From NCBI RefSeq assembly GCF_009914755.1, contig NC_060928.1: 64,000 bases of DNA. One strand, given 5' to 3'. The notes beneath the pieces were generated by a model. It was not told where the DNA came from. It worked only from the letters and a program-made list of their open reading frames with translations, and did not search any database. Source of the stretch: the human T2T-CHM13v2.0 reference genome, Homo sapiens. This document shows, piece by piece, positions 1 through 13,000 of this stretch (its first letter is position 1; every line of letters begins with the position of its first letter). The position numbers were made by a program, and so were the translations under genes.

Positions 1-1390
1 CCAGGACAATCACCTTTTCCCTCATAAGCATGCCCCAAAAGACTAATGTAGCATAAAGAACATATGTAAAAGTGCCTATAATTTTGTTAGCACATAAATC
101 TTCAATAAATGTTAGTGATTAAAGTAAAGGTATTCATATTGATTCCATACAATGTAAAAACTACATTTGTTTCATAAAAATATGAAAAATCTATGACTTA
201 CGTAGCAATTAGTTGAGCATCACTAGTAGAGTGTTTGTAGCATTTAGAAGTCACTTTAAATCTCAACGTGGAAGTCTTGTTAATCTGATCTTGTCAGTGG
301 CATCTGAATCACATTACACATCTAAATAAACTGATCTACAGGGACCTTACTCAAAATGGCAGGCAATGCTGATTTAAATTAGGTTTGAAGCCCACCACAG
401 CAGCTTGAAACTTTTCCTGCTTACAGCTTAGTAAAGTGATATTCATTTCCAGAAAGGAAACTTCGACAGAAACATATAAGAAAAAGTAGTCTGTCATTTC
501 TGAAATGTTACTGAAAAACCTCACCAAGTTTATCCCTTCATCTCCAAATGCTTCAAAATGTAAAATCTCGATATTTTAACCATAAGTCAATAGTGATATA
601 GTAATAACCCTAATAGTTACTATTTGGTAAAGTAGAGAAATTGGAAATTCTCATCATAAATATACATTAAGGAAATAAAAACATATCCTAACATTTGCTA
701 AATTTCAAGTTGTTTAATCTTTTATTAGTAAGAAAGAATATTGTCTTACTACTTTTGTTTTGTCTGAGATCAGATTGATGAAAAGTAATAAAATTCTTCT
801 ACAGACACTGTATTGTTTCACGTCTTAGTCAAAACAGAAAGCAACTATATTTTTCAAGAAAGAATTCTTTTGATAAACACCTCTCTTTAGTGAAATAATA
901 AACATTATAACAAATGAGATAAATGTTAAATTATCAATATAACTATTTCAGAAACTGTATTTGTTTTCTATCTTATACTATATGTCTTAAACACTAAAAT
1001 ATCTGACCCAAAATTTCCGTTTCCAAAATCAACATGACCGTGATAGCTCTTGAAACATTGTCGTGTCTGTAAGTCAGAAAAGAATATGTTAGGTGGAAAG
1101 TAACAAAAAGCAACCAAACAATTTAAAGATAACCTTTTAAAGCAAATATTTATGACTCTATAGACATAGCATATTGGTTAAAACAAAGTGGTAATGTATA
1201 TGGTACATTATTTTAAATTTGCTTCAATGCTGATACATTTTGCTTCCATATATTAATTTTTCACACAAAAGTATTTTTCCCTAGTGAAAAGTACTCGTTA
1301 GCAAGAAATGAATATGGTGTAACAATTTCTTTGAAATCCTGCAGTCAACTCTTTGCATATAACTTTCTGATAAAAAAAAATCCCACATAC

Positions 1391-1400
1391 TTCATTTTCC
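1391..1400 (-). CDS. Candidate 10-nt microexon GGAAAATGAA
   Basis: Minus strand: atctcatgctgctctttAG|GGAAAATGAA|GTATGTgggatttttttttt. Two UGC upstream, purine-rich exon, U-run downstream. Confidence 0.35.
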
Positions 1401-2570
1401 CTAAAGAGCAGCATGAGATTTCCAATCCTTTGCTTGAACACATAAAATATTAAGAGCCAATTTTCAGCTGCACCTCTGTCACTTCCATTATCATTCTACA
1501 CGTCCAGAGGTGATAATGGACTCTGTAAATTGCAGTCTTTCTCCACCCCAGACCACGGAGGGTTTCACCAGGGGACAGTTCCACACAAAGGGTGGCCCAG
1601 ATGTATGTTAATGGCACTGAGAAGCGAACAGCAGACACTACCATACAAGATAATGTGACGTGTTATCCAGAGGAAAGATGAAATGAGCAGAAAACAATTT
1701 CCTTAGAAATTCTGTAAAATCAACAAGGACCCATTCTTCTCCACAAATCAAATAGGTAGCACTATCTTCACAGAACTTTGGAAACAAGATTAAAATACAT
1801 TCCTAATGCCTCATCTATGAAGGAATTGTTTGTTCAAGCCAACAGAGAATGAAGGCACATGAGCATTGAGGTTTAAAGAATTATAGGGGAGGCTTTTGTT
1901 TACCATTTGCTTTTTTCAGACATACAACACAGATCTACCAGCATTCATTATCTTCAAACATGAAGTGAAAGAAAGAGGGTAAGGTAAAAGAAAGTGCTTA
2001 TCTTATCCATTGCTGAAATGATACTCACTACTCTTTGTGGTGGGCAATCTGCCCATTAAAAGGAAGCTGTCTTATAGGAAATTGAATGTGGTTGACACTG
2101 GGTTTTCATATGATCATATTTCCTACTATTCCATGCAAAATAATCAGATTTTACGGAAAATATACAGGAAGGAAGGGATTTGAAACTAGTTTTTCTCCCT
2201 TTTCCATAGGCCGTCATCTAACTAGTTATCTCACCCTAACACTGGGTGAGTGTTCATTGACTGAACCTACCAGACTAAGCACCAATGCTTTGGGCAAGGT
2301 GCTGGGGGTGGGTTGAGAGACAAGTGTTGTGCAAGAGGAAAGAAAGCCTAGTGAAAGAAAACAGACAGATCAAAATCAGATTGCATTACCCAGATAATTA
2401 AACATAGCTCTTTACCAATTAGATAATAATACATGACACATAATCATTGCTTATATGCTAATAAAGCCAAATGTTGGATAAGACAAGGTAAGGTCAATTT
2501 TAATACAATAAGTATATTCTGGAGCCAATTCCATAGTCTTCAAACTAATTTCAGGAAAATCAGACATCGG

Positions 2571-2643
2571 GAGGAAAAGAAGAAGAAAAAGAAAAAAGAG
2601 AAAAGGAAGAAAAAAAAGAAAGAAAAAACAAAAAAGAAACAGA
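2571..2643 (+). repeat. A/G-rich low-complexity tract (GAAAA-like)
   Basis: gaggaaaagaagaagaaaaagaaaaaagagaaaagg...; explains the poly-Lys ORF 2433-2678. Confidence 0.85.
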
Positions 2644-3055
2644 ACCCAGTAAAATCATTTCTTCATTTATTCATCTAGGGTCAAAACATCACTAATGAGC
2701 TCCACCTCTTCTCTTCCTGTTCCCCTTCATTTCCTTCAGCAAACACCAAGGACTGAAGCATATAAAGGCATTGTGCTAAGCATTACAGTTTGAAAAAAAG
2801 CCCACCAGTGATTACTGTCTTGAAGAGAATACAGACAAATAAGCAGATCATTACAGTAGAGGGTGATACTTGTTCTGGGAGAGAGATCAGAAGGCTGCTT
2901 ATGGTGAGACTTTACCATCTTGTCAGAGTTTCCAGGAATTATTACTAGGATTTCACATCCTAGTCCTCCATGTCTCATTCCTCAAGAAAAATGAGGCATA
3001 CAATCAATGCATAAGCAGAATTTGTAATTTGTACATATTTAAAATTAAAACGATT

Positions 3056-3295
3056 GAAATCCAGAATAGGCAAATCCATAGAGACAGAAAGCACATTGGT
3101 GGTTGCCAGAAGAAGGGAAGAGGGAGAAGTATGGAGTTACTACTTAAAGGGTAGAGGATGTTCTGCGGGGTTAAAAAGTTTCAAAACTAGATGGGGTGGT
3201 AGTTGCACAATATTGTGAGTGCACAAAAAAACCACTCAATTTCACCCTTTAAAATGGTTATTATGTGTTATGCGAATTTCACCTCAATTAAAAGA
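3056..3295 (+). mobile_element. Old L1 3' end fragment (L1MB-like)
   Basis: tccagaataggcaaatccatagagacagaaag...ggttgccag...gttgcacaa...tttaaaatggtt...gaatttcacctcaattaaaa is a typical L1MB 3' terminus. Confidence 0.8.
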
Positions 3296-4500
3296 ACAAC
3301 TGACACTCTTCATTTGATACTTTGTGGCAGTTTGAAATAGGCATTCTGACATGTCGCAAAAATTTAGAGTCAATCAGACTCTTCACTCTGATTTTCTGTT
3401 TCTTATTCTCCATATGCAGAAAAAGGTGGAAGAATTTTCTGCATGGAGAATATGCAGAATATTTGAGAAAGAAAAATCAGCAAGAAACTTTTGATTTAAC
3501 TAGATACCTAGAGCAAGTTTAATGTCTTTGAGATAGTTTTTAAAGTTCAGAAGATTGTAATAGTATAGTAGCATAGCAGGAGGTACTGTGATTACATATG
3601 AGTATTCTCCAAAACGTTATTTTCTATGAATTTTTAATGATGCAAGCAATTTTTCAAGGTCACTGAGAGAGCAATCAGTCATTCAGACAGTAAATTTGTT
3701 CACAGTTTCTTGGCAGCTTTGCAAGAAAACAAGCAAGTGGGATTTGTGGAGGAGGGGAAATGATACACTGAGGAAGAGGTAGATTAGGAGTACTATAAAA
3801 TTAGCTACAGGTATACTTGATTCACTCTTTAACCTACCAGGTTCTTCACTAAGTGTTCTAGAAGGTAGAATGAGACTTTATGACTCAATGATTTTCTGGT
3901 TGTCATTGTGGTTAATAGCATAAACTGTTGACACCTATAAAACTCATTTTCTAATGATTTGATCATATCAGTATCCAAAGATCGCTGAACATTTCTAATT
4001 TAAATTTAAATTTAAAAATTAAGTTAGATTATAAAAATTAAGTGCATGGGAAAGACATTAAGAGGTATATATTTATCAATATTTACAGCCCAGAATGAGT
4101 TATTTCTCAAAAACTTGAAAATAATAAGAAATTATACTGCTCTCTTAATGTTACATTATAAGACTGAAACAGAATGGAACAAGAGAGAAATGTGAAAAAT
4201 GTATAGAGTACATGTATTAAAAATAGTGTCCCAATCCCTGGGAAGGCAGAAGAGTATTAATCATCCATGAGATCATATTGAAAGAGTCATCACAGAGGTC
4301 AATATTCAAAGTATCTTTCAAACATTGTAGAAAAGTATGAGGTTTGGGCAATAAACTTCAGGAATTCTTTCCCATTGGCAAAGTGATGTCTAAGCTGGAG
4401 ATAGAGGTAAGGGGTTATGTTGTTCCCTCCCCATTAACAAAACCTCGATTGCATTTGGTGTCCATCTGTAATGGCCCAAAACCATTAAGCATGCAATTTA

Positions 4501-4768
4501 GGCCAAGTGTGGTGGAACACACATAGAATCCCAACACTTTGGGAGGTTGAGGCAGGAGCATTGCTTGCATGAGTTTGAGACCAGCCTGGGCAAAGTAGCA
4601 AGACTCCATCTCTACAAAAAATTAAACCACTTGAGAGGTTAGGCTGGAGGATTGCTTGAGTCCAGGAGTTTGAGGTGGCTGCAGTGAGTTATAATTGCAC
4701 CACTGAACTCCAGCCTGGGAGACAGGGCAAGACTCTGTCTCAAATAAATAAATAAATATATAAATAAA
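4501..4768 (+). mobile_element. AluJ (diverged, start of right arm deleted), (TAAA)n tail
   Basis: ggccaagtgtggtgg...gaccagcctgggcaa...gcagtgag...gactctgtctc followed by an A-rich tail. Confidence 0.9.
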
Positions 4769-6879
4769 GTGGCTTATCTAATTATCCTTATTCTGATTCT
4801 GAGCAACCTTTATTACTTATTTTTCCATGTGCATCTGCATACAGAGAGAAAATGCTTTCATCATACAGACCTTGATATTCTTGTCCTTGAGATATTAGTT
4901 CAAGTTATTAATAACTTGACGTTCTACATAATTTGACTTCTCATGTATTTAGACTACATCCACCATGTCCATAGGAGTATTCCACTCAGGTAACAAGTAT
5001 GTTTTTCATTTTAAATTGCAATTTTGGTTTGATACATCAGTATTCCTATGAAATGAGATTAAATTTACCAGTGTCTGAAACCACAAGTTTGAAAGCCAGC
5101 TGGATAGATGGTAGTTGATATGCCAAAGAAATGACTGCTACCCGGTGAGGCCTGTGAGTGACATCTAGGGACTTTGTTCCATGTGAAAAACACACAGCTC
5201 ATTATATTGCTGAGTGGCTGCATGTAAAGGTACTCCCCTCAATTGTATCTTTCGTGTGTATAATGGTAATAATTATAAGGCAATGAAAGCCTTAATATGG
5301 AGGAACACACCACCGACTAAGAAAGTAAAATAAAAAAATGAAAAGAGAAAATGTGTTCAAGTAAAATAAAATTACAGTATAAGTTGATTTCATATTTAAA
5401 TCCTCTAGGTATAAGGAAAGTATACAAGTTGGCTATTAAGACTGCAGGAAAGTCAGTTGTGGGAATGGGGAATTCATTGAGTTAAAGGAACTTAATCATA
5501 GTGGTGATGGAAATAGACTAACTTGCTTTGGTAATCTCAACTGTAATAATTCTGTACATTTTCACTGACTGTGTCATTAGAACCTTCTTAATTCTGGAGT
5601 GCAAGAGATTAATTTGGTTCTAGTGTTCAATATAAATCCTGAAAATGAAGTGAATGGCTGCCTTTACACTTGATTTTCAGATAACAGATATTGTTTAATT
5701 TAAAAGAAGAAAATTCCTGAAGCCAGACATATTAAGGAAATAACAAAAATTCAAGGACGTAACCAAAATTTGGACATTGGAAATGTCTGGGAAGTTGAAG
5801 AAGGTGAAGTTATGTACCAATGTGTAAAAATGAAAGTTTTTCTTTTTAAAAATATAATTAGATATTCCATACTTCATGCATAGAACACATTCATTGATGA
5901 GACTTATACAAATACTATTAAAAGATTCAGTTCCCTATGCAAATATGAGGTTGAGATTTATTTGTTTAGAAAATTAAAAGCAAATTAGAACATTTTCTAT
6001 GACTACAATTATTTTCACTGAAGAAATGACTGACTTTTAATATTTTAAGTAACATGGGCAATAAGATGTTAATACTATGTTCATTTCTAAGTTCAATGTT
6101 CCCAGAAAATTCTGTGCATTTGCAGAACTTATTAGATACTCTTAAGTGAATCAACTGACATAATGTTTCAATGACCAAGTTAAAAGCTAATCAGAAATTT
6201 CCCACAATACCTTTACCTATATGTTTACACACATTAATATTTTATGTCAATATAATATGTTATTCAATGTTGTTTTCTGAATTCATTTCAATTTGAATTG
6301 AGAAACATTAGCAATATCCCTATTTCCTGTTATTTTCCTTTTTTCAAACCTGTTATATGTACTGATTGCAAACAAATATACTTTAAAAAATGAAGAAGGG
6401 AACCATTTTTCATATAGGGTACAGATTTGTCTAGGGTGTTTTACACTATATTAAAAGCATGTTTCTTGAAAAAAAGAAAACAAATATGAACATTAACCCC
6501 TTCCCTATCTTCTCTATCCATCTGCCAAATTTTGCTTTCAAAGAATTGTGGTAACAATATCAAATATTTCTACCACCTTTGTCACTTTTCATCTGTCTGG
6601 GAAAAGCACAAGAGATTCTACTCTCAGGAACCAACAAAACAAGAGCACACGGCTGAACGGCTTCTGGTCTACACTCACGTTTCCCATTTGCCCGCATTTA
6701 ATGCTGTTAATATTTCAGCAGCTGGAGTACCAGGGTCAAACTGAAGTTTTTAACTATTTAATTCTGAATCCTCAGTCACAGATCTTGGAGAGAGAGAAAG
6801 AGAGAGAGAGGGAGAAGTGACAGAGATTGAGATAAAGGTAGACACAGAAATAGAAAAAGAAATAGAAAGACTGATGGTC

Positions 6880-7090
6880 TTTTTAAGGACTTACAGCAAG
6901 AAAACAGCGAATTCTGCTTTACAACACAAGAAACTGAATTCTGTCTACAACCACAACGAAAGCATGTGGACAAGGATCTGAACGTCGGATGAGATGGCAG
7001 CCCCAGCTAACAACTTAATTTTAGCCTGAGGAGATTGGACAGAGAACTCTGCTAACCCATTCTGTTCTATAGAACTCTGAGAAATGTGAA
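6880..7090 (+). mobile_element. MLT1-type MaLR LTR fragment
   Basis: cacaagaaactgaattctg...gatgagatggcagccccagctaacaacttaattttagcctg...atagaactctgagaaat resembles the 3' half of MLT1. Confidence 0.5.
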
Positions 7091-7829
7091 CAGCTTTTTG
7101 TGTGGTGCTAACCTAGGAGAATCTATCCTTAGAAAAGAGTCCACAATTTCCAATCTAAGATCAGTTTGTGTAGTGTGTGTGTACATTTTCTCCGTCACTT
7201 AAATTTTTTATTACATAATTTCAATGCAAGTTTACAAGGAAATGAGGCTCCAAGCTGCTCATTATTAATATAGGGCCAGAATATTTTTAGGCGTTTAGAA
7301 GTTTCAGATGAACCAAAATGGAGCTCAGCATTGGAAAGAGTGAGTCTGTCCCATTGTAGTATGATATTTTTACTTCTGTTTTGACTAGAAAATAGGGGTA
7401 ACTGAGATAAAAACAGGGTTTGGAAGAGGTCTGTATCATATCTATTAATAGAATTTTGCTGAATATGATTGTTCTGTCAAGTAAAAAAATTGTTGAAAAA
7501 TACATACAGTAGAATTTTCTGCTTTTCCCGTTAGATATCTCTTTCTTTTTTCATGGAGCTGACAAATATGTAGTTTCAGTTTGTCTTTTCCATCTCTTTT
7601 TTCTTTCAAAAATTTTAAAATTTGTTTTTCATTTCTTTCCTTTGAACCACAAAAATTGATAGCCTTCCTTACCAGAGCTAATTGAAGAATGGAAAAGACT
7701 TCAGTGAGACCTCTTCTAAGGTCTTTCAAGATTAAAACTCATTTTCAGGGTAGTTTGATTATTAAAATATATTTTCTCTGTCACACAGGTAATAGGTACT
7801 TATGAAATTTTGGTGTAAAGGAATAAATG

Positions 7830-8030
7830 AATGATAATAATTATATTGTAATTGAGTACTTCCTACAGCTTTGCATATGCCTACTCTTTTAATCCCCATA
7901 ATGATCCAATGAGTAAGTGCTGTTATTACTATTATTTAATAGAATATTGAACTTCATAGTAATCCCATATTTTAAATGGTATGATGGGAATTTATATATA
8001 TCACTTTAACTTACCCCAAGCCTTATCCCT
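7830..8030 (-). mobile_element. MIR fragment
   Basis: aatccccataatgatccaatgagtaagtgctgttattact resembles the reverse MIR core. Confidence 0.45.
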
Positions 8031-9466
8031 TAACATATAAATAAATGAAGTATAGAATTATAATTTATTGGTGATTGCTCTAAAAAGATTTCTAGTTACT
8101 CTTATCTTGAAATTCTGAACTAGGTATATGTGGATATTACTAGTATCTTTTGATTTACACCCCTGTTATCCTTTTAGGAATTTTCCTGGGTTATTTGTCC
8201 ACTACATCTATTTTTAGAAAGAACATAAAGTTACAGGGAACTCTGAATCCCACTGTATATTTTCTTTGATTAGAGGCAAAAGTACTACAGTGGTTCCAAA
8301 TATAAGCAACTCTTAAATTTCTTTTCAAATTGCTCATCGCTTCCTATGTGGAGCATAGTCAAGTACATCTGGAATTCAAGTATTTTCATATGGCATTGTG
8401 ATTGTTACTCTTAATGTTCCTTCCTCTAAGAACTTTCTTTTGTACCTCAAGAGTTTAAAAAAATCAAAATATACAAAGTCATTCAGTAGACTGACTATTA
8501 TTCCAGTAGTCAGTGTATTAAAAGTCTCTAAAGGCCCATTAAGGTATCAGACTAGACTGGCTCCAGACCTGCCATTGTCTATTTTGGTTCAATAATGATT
8601 ATACACATGTAATTGACTGAGACTATATCAGACTCATAAGTCACATTGTAGATGGAAAAAATGCAATCAATGTATACAATAGACTATAATTACAAGCCAA
8701 TTCAATGCAGTGGATTTGATAAACTTTTTTGTAAGTTATAAATATTTGAACAATGGGGCAAAAGACTGTTTTATCAAGGACAACATAGTTAGAGGAAGAG
8801 CAGTTAGTATAGGTTCCAACTTCTTCAAAACAGGGAGACTTGAATGTCATTCTAAAGGTGGTTCACCACATGATCCCAGAATGGCCTAAAAGAATTTCCC
8901 TAAAAGGCTCTCATTATAGAATAGCACTCATTTATTATGATAATATCATTACCATAAGTTTGAAACAAGTATTCTTCATAATTTTATAAATATATAGCAT
9001 ATTTGTCACTCACTCATGGATTAAGAATGTGCATGAAATATAATTCCTATAACATTAAGCACTTATGCATTATTTTAAATGGCAACAGATTATTATTGAT
9101 AATAGCGAGAATCAAAATATACTGACAGGTACTTAATTCAGATTCCAGTTATTTCTTGTGGAAATAAATTTTTCTTTGAATCAAATAGAAGAAAACAGCA
9201 CTTTTAAAAAGGAGTAGGAGTCACAAGTTACCAGCAAGTACCTCCACTGGGATTGTCTGTGGGTAACTGCATTTTATGCTCTTGTTGGTGGATGGAACTG
9301 TCCATGTGGTGTTTTTTTTTTTTTTTTTGGTGTTTTTCGTATTTCTTTATAACTTGAATTTTCAAGAAGTCTATCCATGTATATGTATGAATTCATAATA
9401 CTAAATTTTAAATAGCCATTCTAATAATAACTTTTCTCTAAGCAATAACTTAAATAGTTAGCAACA

Positions 9467-10047
9467 TGCTTATCTTCCTTTTGTCCAACACAGTGATGTG
9501 GTTTGGCTGTGTCCACACCGAAAAGTCATCTTGAATTGTAGCTCCCATAATTCTTACATGCTGTGGGATGGACCTGCTGGGAGATAACTGAATACTGGGG
9601 GCGGTTTCCCCCATACTGTTCTCATGGTAGTGAATAAGTCCCACGAGATCTGACGGTTTTATCAGGGGAAACCCCTTTCACTTGGCTCTCATTCTCTCTT
9701 GCCTGCCACCATGTAAGTCATGCCTTTTGTCTTCTGCCACGATTGTGAGGCATCCCTAGCCATGTGGAACTGTAAGTCCATTAAACGTCTTTTTCTTCAT
9801 AAATTACCCAGTCTCAGGTATGTCTTTATCAGCAATGTGAAAACAGACTAATACACACAGTGTCAACTGTTTATGAACCTTAATTATGTCTACAAAATCC
9901 CTTTTGACAAACAATGTAACATAACCATGGGAGTGATACTTCATCACATTCCTGGGTCCACCCACTATTACTGGGATAGGATTACACAGAGTGTGTATAT
10001 CAGGAGGAAGCGATCATGTGGTCCATCCTAGAGTTCTAACTGCCACA
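9467..10047 (-). mobile_element. MLT1 LTR 5' fragment interrupted by the THE1 LTR
   Basis: Reverse strand tgtggcagttagaactctaggatggacc...gtgtaatcc...aattaaggt...cagttgac continues as ...aaaaggaagataa on the other side of the THE1. Confidence 0.65.
9494..9855 (+). mobile_element. THE1 (B/C-like) solo LTR with perfect 5-bp TSD
   Basis: Starts TGATGTGGTTTGGCTGTGTC and ends CAGACTAATACA; flanked by CACAG at 9489-9493 and 9856-9860. Confidence 0.95.
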
Positions 10048-11449
10048 TAGGTATATGAAAGATGCTTATTATTCACAAAAATTATAAATAGCATACTTTC
10101 TATGTAGGCACAATGGATGGTTTAAAATATTTTCTGATATTTTGGCATATTAAATTCTACAAACATTTTATTATTGTAGAACATGTTCATAAATCATAAT
10201 TTTAAATTATTGACAATGATAGTTATTCTGCTTAGTTAAGTACTCTGAAGATATAAATAGATCATTTACTTTTTCAGAAAGACTTGAAGGGAAGACTTCT
10301 TAATGCAAAGTATCTTTTTCCTCCAAGGATAGTGCAAGGCATGCAATGTATAATAATTCACTTAATGTTTGATTGATTCTTCCCATGAAGTTAAGATGTG
10401 ATACAGTCCTTTTCCAACATGAAGCACAAGGCAAGAGCAAGTTGAATAGATGACAAAGGAGAGAAATCAAAAAAAGAAGATGTTATGCTCTGTTACTAAA
10501 ATACTGTATTGTGAACATATTGTAATCAAATATAATTAGAAAAATATTCCCAAAGTAAAATTATAAATTATTGTTGGCTTGTCTAAAATACAATTACAAT
10601 CCAAACAAGAGAATCAAGTATTTACACTAATCTAAATACCATTTCAATTTTACCTTACAAATATCTCAAGCTGATTAATAGAATTAACTGTTAACAATGA
10701 CACATTTTCCTATATTTTCTGGCCATTTGAATTGTTTCTGTTACATTATCCTTAGTCTTTTTCTATGAAAATAACAACAATGACAACCCTGGGCTTGGGG
10801 CTTTAATTTGGCAAGCCCACCGGCAGCATGCTGTTGCACTGCTCAAACTCTGTGTTTTCTAATCCAGCACCAACCGAACCTGGTAGCAAGCAGGAAGTCA
10901 ATCAGAGGTGATGCGTGGCGATGATAGTGACCATGCTTGCAAAGCTGCTGGTAAAGTCAGATTGCTTTCCCTGCTAACCCAAGATATTCTTTCATATGTG
11001 GAAATTTACCCAAATAAAATGAAACATGTATTTGCCTGTTTTGATTTTCTTTTTTTATCTTGTGGTTATATGATTGGCAGTTGGAACTATTTATTGACTT
11101 TTTATCTTTTTAGTGATTCCCACAATCCTTTCCTCAATCAAGTTGATAGAGCCTTGGGTTTTTTTTTAGGTGAGTGAATAGAGAAAAGGCTATATGCTGA
11201 AATACCATAAAATATAACCGCATTCAAGAAAATCCATTGCTGTTTTTTAACCATTACCGCATGGGCAAAACATTTCCTCAATGCTCACTTTCCCCCCCTT
11301 TCTCTTTCTAAATATCTTCTGTTTGACATATGTATGTGTACACATATTATACCAAAGTAGATATACAGTAAATAGTTATAAATGTAGACAACAAAAAAAT
11401 GGGACATTCAAACTAGTCACAGGACAAGAGCACAATGTACATTAGGAAT

Positions 11450-11580
11450 TTATACTAACAAATTCAAGAAATACTTACTGAGTGGTAAACTTGTTTCAGG
11501 TGCTATATTAGATATTACGGGTAAAAATTATAAATAAGATCCATCCTCTGCTCATAAAGGACCTTATCAGCCTAAAATCA
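11450..11580 (-). mobile_element. L2 3' end fragment
   Basis: ttcaagaaatacttactgagtg...aggtgctatattag...ctcataaagg resembles the reverse L2 tail. Confidence 0.45.
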
Positions 11581-12849
11581 CTCTAGTGCAGAATATAGTC
11601 AAGTTAACCCTGACTATAAAAATGAAAATTTCAGGAGAAATGCCTAGTTCTAGGGTAACTTCTTGTAATATGGCAACATACAGGAGGTAATTCGGTTTTA
11701 AGGGAAAGTCAGATAAAGCTTTCTGAATGAAATAAGACTTAACTGCTGTAATGTTTTAGACATTTCCTAAAAATAAAATATAGAAACTACAACCATCACT
11801 AGCATGTGTCCTGGGTTTATGTAGCAAATTTAAAAACAACATATGCAGATTACTTTCTTCCAGTGTATTCAAATAACTAACAAATGGCCCTATTCTTGTT
11901 GATATTCAAGACAGAATACTAAGTGTACTAGTATTTGATTCTCTAGATCCTTTGATTAAGGTAGACAGGCAGATCACATAGTGCAAAGTCACCACAAACA
12001 GTGAACAGTTAGGGGTCATGAGGGGGTGATGGCCTTGAGGCTGCTCTGCTAGTCTTCAAATCTTTGAGGGTGACAGTGTCTTTGATCTGTCTGCCTTTTA
12101 AACAAGGAAACCTGGAAATATCTCAAATGACCATTTGATCTGTTTCTGGAGGGGAAGGTAGTCTTCCAGCTGCCGCCCTCAAACATGCTGTGCTCTCTCC
12201 ACTAACTAAACACCGGGCTTTCATGTTGGAGAAAAACCAGGCTTCTAGCCACATAGAGCACTAAAGAAAGGGCTGATGAATATGGCCAGTGATTGGAGTG
12301 TCAGCCAGGCTGCAGTGCCTAACTGTGACCTACACCCGCAGACGGGTGGCTGCGGGGACTGCAGAGCCGCTGAATATGTGGACACATCCCTAACAGGGAG
12401 AACAAGAAGGCTCTGCCGCTAAGAGGAAGGGCGTTCAGGAAGAAGTCGTGGTAAGAGCAGTCTCAGCTTAGGAAGATGCCAGGCTCTCCTGATTTAAAGG
12501 GTAAGAAGCCCAACCATGCCATGAATGGTGAACACTGAACGAAGCACAAGCAGAGACTGAGGCTCAGAGTCCAAACCATGAGGCAGAAAATGAACCCATC
12601 CTAATGGAAAGCAGAGCACAGAGCAGATGGCCAGAGGAGGAAACGTGGGGGTTTCAGGTCTGAAACATCTTCCTAGTAAAAATCTATGAGTAACCTGCTT
12701 TAGTTAACATGACTTGTGAGACAAAAGAGAAAAAAGAAGAAAAGAGAAGGTATCAAAATAGTAGGGTATTTTAATTTTCAGATTATTGTAAATGTAAATC
12801 TCAGAACACTGCAAATCTCAGCATATGACTTTTAGCAACATTTATATCC

Positions 12850-13000
12850 ATTTAACCATCAATTCATTTATTCAATAGAACTGTTGACTCCTTATTTTCA
12901 ACCTACTGTATTGGGTACTCCATATACAAAGATGAATAAGAAACAGGTCTTGCCCCCTAGGAACAGTCTAGAGAGGGCAAAAGATATGTGAACACAAAGA
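12850..13000 (-). mobile_element. L2 3' end fragment
   Basis: ttcatttattcaatag...ttgggtact...gatgaataagaaacaggtcttgccc. Confidence 0.5.

Noticed and set aside
2433-2678. Poly-Lys ORF
   Set aside because: Translation of an A-rich simple repeat.
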